Source: an uncultured Chloroflexia bacterium (GTDB taxonomy: Bacteria; Chloroflexota; Dehalococcoidia; DSTF01; JALHUB01). Taken from it: DNA of 64,000 nucleotides. Positions 57,621-64,000 of this stretch are shown one piece after another. A program made the translations under genes and the position numbers. The notes below the pieces were generated by a model that worked only from the letters and a program-made list of their open reading frames with translations, was not told the origin of the DNA and searched no databases. The DNA lies in the NCBI GenBank assembly GCA_963703345.1, contig OY969814.1:2219753-2283752 (forward strand), in the 5' to 3' direction. The number at the start of each line of letters is the position of its first letter. Position 1 is the first letter of the stretch.

Positions 57621-57666
57621 CTTCCCAAGCAGGTTGTCGCGGGTTCGAGTCCCGTTTCCCGCTCCA
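57621..57666 (+). pseudogene. tRNA-Gly 3' half (attR of right island)
   Basis: CTTCCCAAGCAG-gtt-GTCGCGGGTTCGAGTCCCGTTTCCCGCTCCA, 43/46 identical to 21860-21905. Confidence 0.92.
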
Positions 57667-58109
57667 TTACTTTCCCTTGGTCTGATACTCAACGAGACTA
57701 CGGTCTGGTTTCCCCTCCGGTCGGACCGATCTCAGCCTGGTTAGTCGATTGAGCTAGACTGATCTACCCTTCGGCCTCACACCGTACACCCTACAACGGC
57801 GATCGCCAAGGAGCGTGAGATAGCGTGACGTAGCGTGCATGGCCGTGATCACCACGGCCGTCTCGTCACTCGGTCAGACGGCCGAGCCTACTAGGAACTC
57901 TTCATCGACTTAGAAGACTCCGGCGGAGGTTCCCCTCGTCTAGAGAAGAAAAAGACAAGGGTTTAGGTGGTCTAGCCAGATTTCGGACACCTGGTCGCCA
58001 GATTCGAATTCGTGGACTCCTGAATGGTATTCAGGAAGGGCAAATCCCAGTAGTTCTGGGGGGCCGAATTAGGCTCTGGAAGGAATGACGCGGACCTCTG
58101 GAAGGAGGC

Positions 58110-58158
58110 GGAACATCGTGAGGGATTCGAACCCTCGACTCCCGGATTAAAAGTCAGA
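58110..58158 (-). pseudogene. degenerate tRNA-Lys(TTT)-like 3' fragment
   Basis: Minus: TCTGA-CTTTTAA-TCCGG-GAGTC-GAGGG-TTCGAAT-CCCTC; no D arm or acceptor partner. Confidence 0.6.
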
Positions 58159-58406
58159 GCCTGTGCCGCGGAGCCTTCAGGTCCGACCCCAGATTCGAAT
58201 TCCGCCGTCTTGACCGCCTGGACCGACTGAATTCTTGTCTAGTCCAGTGCTCGGGTTCAAGGGCCCTCCGGAGAACCGGATTCGACACAGGAATTGTACG
58301 TGCTCCGTCCCATCATTTCAACGCCGGCCGTCGATGAACATGGCGAGAGAGATACCGAGTGTGAGGTATCAGTCCAGGAAGCTCAGTCTCTAAACGGCAG
58401 AATCGG

Positions 58407-58841
58407 TCAGGCATCGTTCTTGAGCTCATTCAGCCATTGGATGATTCTGCTCTTTATCTCTTCTCGAACCTTGCGGGTCTGTTCGAGTCTTTCATCCCAT
58501 GTGCCTTCAAAACCAGCCGGATCGGCAAAGGGCCAGTGCAACCTTTGGGTCAACCCTGGAAAAACGGGGCACTTCGCTGCGGCTTCATCGCAGACGGTGA
58601 CCACATGGGTGTAAAGCTTGCCCTGCGCGAACAGCTCAAACACGCTCTGGGGCTTGTTGCCACTGATGTCCAGGCCGACTTCCCGCATGACTTCCACAGC
58701 CAGCGGATTTAGTGTTGTCGGTTCCAGGCCGGCACTTTCGACTTCAAAGCTATCGCCGGCAAGTTCCTTCAGGAAGGCCTCGGCCATCTGGCTGCGGGCA
58801 CTATTGTGTTCGCATATGAACAACACGCGTTTTCTATTCAT
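58407..58841 (-). CDS. arsC: arsenate reductase (thioredoxin-coupled, LMW-PTP fold)
   Basis: VLFICEHNSARSQMAE, VTVCD...CP.FPG, HWPFADP. Confidence 0.92.
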   Translation of the reverse strand: MNRKRVLFICEHNSARSQMAEAFLKELAGDSFEVESAGLEPTTLNPLAVEVMREVGLDISGNKPQSVFELFAQGKLYTHVVTVCDEAAAKCPVFPGLTQRLHWPFADPAGFEGTWDERLEQTRKVREEIKSRIIQWLNELKNDA

Positions 58842-58932
58842 CGTGCTCCTCCATTGTTCGATCCGTCGGCGGCCCGTACCCCAGTGCGCTGCGGCGACGC
58901 ACCGCACTGCAAGAGAGTCTCGAGGCTTCGCT

Positions 58933-59034
58933 TCAGGCCTCTGCTGTGCGGCCCACTCTAGCGAGCGCTGACCCGTCGCTAGCGAAGAAGAACTCGGCTG
59001 CTACGACGGCTGGGATTATCACTCCGAACCTCAT
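58933..59034 (-). pseudogene. deletion-scar mini-ORF ending in an acr3 C-terminal remnant
   Basis: MRFGVIIP..EFFFASDGSALARVGR vs acr3 end [16 protein letters not shown] at 63943-63990. Confidence 0.6.
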
Positions 59035-59201
59035 GTCTTCCGCTCCCTTTCAAGAATCTGTTTCTGCTGATTTGATCATAACATTCCTCTCGGAGGTTTG
59101 CCGAAACCTGACCAGGGGCTGCGGTGAGAGTAACGGCTTCCGGGGCCTATTGACCGATCCGACCGGGGACTATACAATATATTAACGGAGGGCCATATAT
59201 T

Positions 59202-59585
59202 ATGAGCACGAAGATGGCGACAGAAAGCAGCGCGGCTGAGGATGTTCAGGGAATAGGGCTGGCCGAGTACCTCCGCCTCCTCGGCGAAGACAACCGGCTG
59301 CGTATCTTCTCTCTGCTGGCGAAGACGGAGCTCTGTGTGTGCGAGATCGAGGACCTGCTGGGGCTTTCGCAATCGCTCGTCTCGAATCATCTCGCCGTAC
59401 TTCGACGCGTTGGACTCGTCGAGAGCCGGCGCGATGACGAGGATGGCCGCTGGATATTCTATCGCGCCAATCTTGAGGTAGCCACCGTTCTCCGCGAGCG
59501 CCTGTCCGCGCTTCTGGACGTGCGGCCGTCAACGGGCGATCGGCGAAGAGCCGAGCAGGTCTGCCGGCTGAGGCCATCACGATGA
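59202..59585 (+). CDS. arsR: ArsR/SmtB repressor
   Basis: NRLRIF.LL..ELCVCEI..LSQS.VS.HL..LR..GLV, GRWIFY. Confidence 0.92.
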   Translation: MSTKMATESSAAEDVQGIGLAEYLRLLGEDNRLRIFSLLAKTELCVCEIEDLLGLSQSLVSNHLAVLRRVGLVESRRDDEDGRWIFYRANLEVATVLRERLSALLDVRPSTGDRRRAEQVCRLRPSR

Positions 59586-59671
59586 TGAATGATAACATCA
59601 GTCTGCCTCGATATATTGCCTCAAGCGGCCTTCATGAGCGGGGCATCTCGGCCTAAACAGGAGGAGTCACA

Positions 59672-60124
59672 ATGGACGACGAGTTCCTGGAGACGACGGT
59701 CGACAAGTTCACCTTTCGAGTGAAGCGCAACTGCTGGTATTCAGCGGAAGGCGTGTGGGTCCAGCCCGAAGGTGACAGGACGCGCCTGGGGCTGACCGAC
59801 TATCTTCAGCAGTCGAGCGGCGACATGGCGTTCGTGGAAGTTCGCCCTTTAGGCACGGAACTGAAGGGCGGCGATGAGCTGGCTAGCGTCGAGACGATGA
59901 AAGTGCAGATGGAAGTGGCTTCTCCGCTCAGCGGAACCGTCGTCGAGGTCAACGAGCGCCTGGAAACGAACCCCGAACTGGTCAACGAAGACCCCTACGG
60001 CGAGGGCTGGCTCGCGGTCGTGGCGCCGAGCGCCTGGGAGGTGGAGCGCGCCTCCCTGTTGAGCGATGAGCAATATCTCGAAGCGGTGCGCGGAAGAGCG
60101 CTGAAGGAGTTGGGCAAGCAATGA
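59672..60124 (+). CDS. gcvH: glycine cleavage H-like lipoyl carrier
   Basis: GLTDY.Q..GD..FV, VETMK (lipoyl Lys), SPLSG.V.EVN..L...PELVN.DPYGEGWL. Confidence 0.88.
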   Translation: MDDEFLETTVDKFTFRVKRNCWYSAEGVWVQPEGDRTRLGLTDYLQQSSGDMAFVEVRPLGTELKGGDELASVETMKVQMEVASPLSGTVVEVNERLETNPELVNEDPYGEGWLAVVAPSAWEVERASLLSDEQYLEAVRGRALKELGKQ

Positions 60125-60546
60125 GCAATAATCAGGAGTCCGAAATCATCATCCTCCCATGCAGCGGCATCGGCAAGGCGTTTGGCAGCGTGGGCCGTGA
60201 AGCGGCATACGTCGTCAGCGAGGAGCTACGCGCCGGTTGTGCGGCTACCCTTTGCCTCTCTCTGCTGACCCTCGGCGACGAAGAGGCGAAGCGCCGCGTC
60301 CGCGAGCACCCGACTATCACAATCGACGGCTGCCCCAAGGCCTGCGCCCGGGTCAATGTCGAAAAGTCGGGCGGCAAGCCGGCGGCCACCTTCCGCGTCT
60401 TCGACGTCTTCCGAAAGCATAAGGAGCTGAAGACACAGCGAGTATCCGACATCGGCGAGGCCGGTGACAAGATGGCCCGCATCCTGGCCGAGGAGATCGC
60501 GCAGAAGGTCGACGAGCTCCGAAAAGAGGGAGAATCAGATGCCTGA
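60121..60546 (+). CDS. DGC-domain putative Zn-binding protein
   Basis: PCSG, TLCL, IDGCPKACA. Confidence 0.82.
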   Translation: MSNNQESEIIILPCSGIGKAFGSVGREAAYVVSEELRAGCAATLCLSLLTLGDEEAKRRVREHPTITIDGCPKACARVNVEKSGGKPAATFRVFDVFRKHKELKTQRVSDIGEAGDKMARILAEEIAQKVDELRKEGESDA

Positions 60547-61276
60547 CCTGCCCCAGAAGAAAGTCGGAATCATTGCCTGTAGCGGCGAGGAGTTGCCGTG
60601 CGGAACGGCGACGCGCGAGGCGGCGCTGCTCGTCCTCGAGCGACTGCGCCCGCAAAAGACGGTCACCCTTTGCCTGCCCCTGTTCCTGGCGGGAGAGGAG
60701 CGCGAGCGCGCCTTCGCCCGCTTCTTCCCGACGATAGCCGTAGACGGTTGCGACAAGCGTTGCGCCGCCAGGGCCACCGCTCTCTACAGCGCGGAGCCGG
60801 CAGCGAGCATCGTGGTCGACGAACTGCAATCGCAATTGGGGTTGCCGCCCGCCCGCCGCGTCCGCGGTCTTGATGAGGCGCGCGCCGATCTCGTGCAGGC
60901 AACCGCCCGGGCTATCGCGCAGCAGGTCGACCGGCTGCTTGCGAAGCAGCCCGCCACCGTTCGCGCGGCGCAGCCCGAGAGCGCAGGCAATGAAGAACCG
61001 GCAGAGGTCACGTGCTCCTGCGGCAGCGACATACCGGTGCAACGGATCGGCGTAGATGGTGAGACCTTCGAGGTCGTCGCGCTGCCAGCGATCTTCGACC
61101 TGATCTCCGAACAGGGTCTGTCTCCTGACGAAGAGGTCACCGCCGATGCCCTCCTGGAGCACACTCGCATCTATAACGCTATTCCGGCGGAGAAGGAGAC
61201 CGCCATCCGGCAGGCCCTGCTGCTCGCCTATCGCAACTTCTGCGCTGAGCGCGGCGCGAGGGCGGAGAGGAGATAG
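60539..61276 (+). CDS. DGC-domain protein with C-terminal extension
   Basis: ACSGE, TLCL, VDGCDKRCA, CSCG; coupled to the upstream DGC gene. Confidence 0.8.
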   Translation: MPDLPQKKVGIIACSGEELPCGTATREAALLVLERLRPQKTVTLCLPLFLAGEERERAFARFFPTIAVDGCDKRCAARATALYSAEPAASIVVDELQSQLGLPPARRVRGLDEARADLVQATARAIAQQVDRLLAKQPATVRAAQPESAGNEEPAEVTCSCGSDIPVQRIGVDGETFEVVALPAIFDLISEQGLSPDEEVTADALLEHTRIYNAIPAEKETAIRQALLLAYRNFCAERGARAERR

Positions 61277-61278
61277 GC

Positions 61279-61725
61279 ATGTCGCCGGTGACCAGAGCAA
61301 CCTACCACGCCGATGTCAGTTGGACGGGCGGTCATCGCGGGGAGCTTCGCTGCGGCAACGGCCCCGTGCTTCCCTTTTCGGCGCCGCCGGATGCCCACGG
61401 CGAGAAGAATGTGCTCACGCCTGAGGACGCCTTCGTTGCCGGCGTCAACATGTGCATCATGCTCATGTTTCTCTGGGCTTGCGAGCGGTTCCACATCGCC
61501 CTCAAGAGCTACGAGTGCGGGGGAGAGGGGACGAAGCTGGTGACTCTCGACAGGACGGAGACGTTCGAGCGCGTGGTGCTGCGGCCTCGAATCGTCGCGC
61601 AGGGCGGCGAGGCCGAACGCCGGCGTCTCGAACGGGCGGTCGAGTCGGCCCGGAAGTACAGCCTGCTGGCGAGCTCGATTAACAGCGAGCTTGTCATCGA
61701 GCCGGATATCGTGATGGTGCCTTGA
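61279..61725 (+). CDS. OsmC/Ohr-family protein
   Basis: FSAPP..HG....PED.F......C; second Cys position reads KYS. Confidence 0.82.
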   Translation: MSPVTRATYHADVSWTGGHRGELRCGNGPVLPFSAPPDAHGEKNVLTPEDAFVAGVNMCIMLMFLWACERFHIALKSYECGGEGTKLVTLDRTETFERVVLRPRIVAQGGEAERRRLERAVESARKYSLLASSINSELVIEPDIVMVP

Positions 61726-61783
61726 AGGCAATAACAAATGATAGGGCCGCGATTCTTGTGCCCTATGCGGAAGGAGCGAAGAC

Positions 61784-62047
61784 ATGCTCAGAGTGAAGGT
61801 ACTTGGACCAGGGTGCGAGAACTGCGCTCGTCTGAAGGCCACGGCCGCGGAGGCGCTTGAGGCCCTGGGCGCCGAGGCAACGCTGGAGTACGTGACCGAT
61901 CGGGCAGAGTTCGCGAAATACAACCTCATGATGACGCCCGGGCTCGTGGTCAACGAGAAGCTGGTCTCCGCCGGTCGCGTCCCGGCCAAGGACGAGGTGA
62001 TGACGCTTATCGCCAACGTGCTCGCGGCTGAAGGAACGGTTTCGTGA
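61784..62047 (+). CDS. small redox-active disulfide (thioredoxin-like, MTH895 type) protein
   Basis: KVLGPGCENC, MTPGLVVN..LVSAGRVP. Confidence 0.88.
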   Translation: MLRVKVLGPGCENCARLKATAAEALEALGAEATLEYVTDRAEFAKYNLMMTPGLVVNEKLVSAGRVPAKDEVMTLIANVLAAEGTVS

Positions 62048-62077
62048 GGACTCATTTGGAATCTGGCGAATATCGCG

Positions 62078-62416
62078 ATGCCTGACCCGAGATTTACCCA
62101 ACCCTGGCATGGCGTGCCGCGGGACGAGGTAGACTGGCATCCCATCGTCGACGACGGGCTTTGCGACGGCTGCGGGGTCTGCGTTACCGGCTGCGGCAGG
62201 GGCGTCTTCCGATTCGATTACGAACGAGAGAAGGCGGTGGTCTTGGAGCCGCTGCACTGCATGGTCGGCTGCGTGACCTGCGCCAACGTCTGCCCGCGAG
62301 GGGCGGTCTCATTCCCCGCCCTCGATGGTCTGCGAAAGCTCATAGAAGCGCGAGGGGTGATGATAACGGCTCGACAAGAACTGGCCGAAGGACGGGGTCG
62401 CCTTTCCGTTCAGTAG
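62078..62416 (+). CDS. 2x[4Fe-4S] ferredoxin
   Basis: [11 protein letters not shown] and [13 protein letters not shown]. Confidence 0.88.
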   Translation: MPDPRFTQPWHGVPRDEVDWHPIVDDGLCDGCGVCVTGCGRGVFRFDYEREKAVVLEPLHCMVGCVTCANVCPRGAVSFPALDGLRKLIEARGVMITARQELAEGRGRLSVQ

Positions 62417-62435
62417 CACAGGTAGGACACAAGAA

Positions 62436-62909
62436 ATGAGCCCGACGGATACAAAAGATGAAGCGGGAAAGAGGACGAAGGTGCTCTTCGTCTGCACACA
62501 CAACGCAGCCCGCAGCCAGATGGCGGAGGGTCTCCTGCGTCACCTCGGCGGCGACGCTTTCGAGGCCTACAGCGCTGGGACGGAGCCGGGCGAACTGCAC
62601 CCTCTCGCCGTCGAAGCGATGACGGGGATAGGCATCGATATCAACGGCCAGCGCGCGAAGTCGGTCGACGAGTTCGTGCAGCAGCCGTTCGATTACGTCA
62701 TCACGCTCTGCGACGACGCCCGTGAGTCGTGCCCGTTCTTCCCGAACGCGGCCGCCAGGTTGCACTGGAGCTTTCCCGATCCCTCGACCGCCGAAGGGAC
62801 ACATGAGGAGCGGCTGGCCGTCTTCCGGCAGGTGCGCGACGGCATCCGCGACCGCATCCAAGAACTAATCGCTACCACAACGAAAGAGAAGTCGAATGAC
62901 CAGCGCTGA
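62436..62909 (+). CDS. arsC: arsenate reductase (LMW-PTP fold)
   Basis: [36 protein letters not shown]. Confidence 0.93.
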   Translation: MSPTDTKDEAGKRTKVLFVCTHNAARSQMAEGLLRHLGGDAFEAYSAGTEPGELHPLAVEAMTGIGIDINGQRAKSVDEFVQQPFDYVITLCDDARESCPFFPNAAARLHWSFPDPSTAEGTHEERLAVFRQVRDGIRDRIQELIATTTKEKSNDQR

Positions 62910-64000
62910 AATCGCCGAACCGCGTCCCGCAGTGGCCGGAAGGCTGTCCATTCTCGACAGGTTCATTGCCCTCTGGATCATACTCACCATGGCCGTCGGC
63001 GTGGCGCTGGGCAAGCTCTTCCCCAATGTCGCCGACGGCATCAACTCCGCCAGCATCGGCACTACGTCCATCCCTATTGCCATCGGCCTGCTCTGGATGA
63101 TGTACCCGGTCCTGGCAAAGGTCCGCTACGAGGAGTTGGGAAAGGTGGCGACGGCCTGGAAGGTGTTCAGCGTCTCGCTGGTGCAGAACTGGATCGTGGG
63201 GCCTATCCTTATGTTCGCCCTCGCCTGGCTCCTCCTGCCCGACCAGCCGGAGTACCGCACCGGGCTGATCCTCGTCGGGCTGGCGCGATGCATCGCCATG
63301 GTGCTCATCTGGAACATGCTGGCGGAGGGCGATAACGAGTACGCGGCGGTGCTGGTGGCCCTCAACTCCGTCTTTCAGGTGCTTTTCTACTCCCTGTACG
63401 CTTACTTCTTCGTCACGGTTGCCAGCTCCTGGTTCGGCGGCGGCTCCGTGGTCCACATCGGCTTCTGGGAGGTGGCGAGGAGCGTCCTCATCTTCCTCGG
63501 CATCCCGCTGGTGGCCGGCATGGTCACGCGGTACGTCGGCATCCGGCGCAAGGGCCGCGAGTGGTACGAGGGCGTACTGATGCCGAAGCTGGGCCCGACG
63601 GCCATCATCGGCCTGCTGTTCACGATTGTCGTGATGTTCGCCCTCAAGGGCGAGTACATTGTGGACGTGCCCCTTGACGTGCTGCGGATAGCGATACCGC
63701 TGCTGCTGTACTTCGTCATCATGTTCACTGTCTCGTTCCTCATGTCCTGGCGGCTACGCTTCCGCTACCCAGAGACGGCCACGCTCTCGTTCACGGCAGC
63801 CAGCAACAACTTCGAGCTGGCGATTGCCGTCGCGATCGGCGTCTTCGGCATCGAGTCGGGCCAAGCGCTGGCGGCAGTGGTGGGGCCGCTGATCGAGGTG
63901 CCAGTGCTCATCGCGCTGGTGTACGTGGCGCTGTGGGCGCGCAAGTTCTTCTTCGCCGCAGACGGCTCGGCGCTGACTAAAGTGCGCCGCCCCGCAGCGA
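62896..64000 (+). CDS. acr3: ACR3-family arsenite efflux permease (runs off window end)
   Basis: My translation: [62 protein letters not shown]; absent from ORF track because no stop in window. Confidence 0.95.
   Translation, partial: MTSAEIAEPRPAVAGRLSILDRFIALWIILTMAVGVALGKLFPNVADGINSASIGTTSIPIAIGLLWMMYPVLAKVRYEELGKVATAWKVFSVSLVQNWIVGPILMFALAWLLLPDQPEYRTGLILVGLARCIAMVLIWNMLAEGDNEYAAVLVALNSVFQVLFYSLYAYFFVTVASSWFGGGSVVHIGFWEVARSVLIFLGIPLVAGMVTRYVGIRRKGREWYEGVLMPKLGPTAIIGLLFTIVVMFALKGEYIVDVPLDVLRIAIPLLLYFVIMFTVSFLMSWRLRFRYPETATLSFTAASNNFELAIAVAIGVFGIESGQALAAVVGPLIEVPVLIALVYVALWARKFFFAADGSALTKVRRPAA

Larger units (their letters stand above)
21860..57666. mobile_element. ~36-kb tRNA-Gly-integrated genomic (defence) island
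   Basis: tRNA 3' half repeated at 57621-57666; internal tyrosine integrase; visibly lower GC in 22-41 kb. Confidence 0.85.

Noticed and set aside
58110-58190. Functional tRNA-Lys
   Set aside because: No D arm, no acceptor pairing, mismatched anticodon stem; kept only as a remnant.

Overview
High-GC bacterial chromosome segment; Chloroflexota/Dehalococcoidia-like affiliation is an inference from gene content. 1-17.3 kb is backbone: tandem amtB under a GlnR-type regulator with clear GlnR boxes, PadR/ABC exporter, TM-NB-ARC-TPR protein, EF-G paralog, ArsB/NhaD-type transporter, metF-metV fusion, fhs and a serine hydrolase. A tRNA-Gly(CCC) locus appears three times: 5' half at 17328, intact gene at 21830, 3' half at 57621. 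These copies bound a small left island (SipW with three TasA-like fibre genes, dead integrase, typA remnant) and a ~36-kb right island of defence-type genes (DruA-NurA-HerA, Nudix/TM operon, AbiGi-like pseudogene, integrase, ParB-MTase, terminase, AddAB, hydrolase-NACHT-HEAT). The standout is an accessory purine-nucleotide module at 26.4-33.6 kb: RNase H/DUF429 nuclease, a PurA homolog with PurZ-like substitutions (D13->G, R303->N), its own PurB, tandem MazG, an NMP-kinase-like protein and an apparently dead dCTP-deaminase fold fused to two TM helices. It is a candidate undescribed modified-nucleotide signalling/defence system. The window ends in an arsenic locus (arsC x2, arsR, acr3) with an unusual GcvH/DGC/OsmC/thioredoxin/ferredoxin insert. 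All family assignments come from motif reading; no database search was run.
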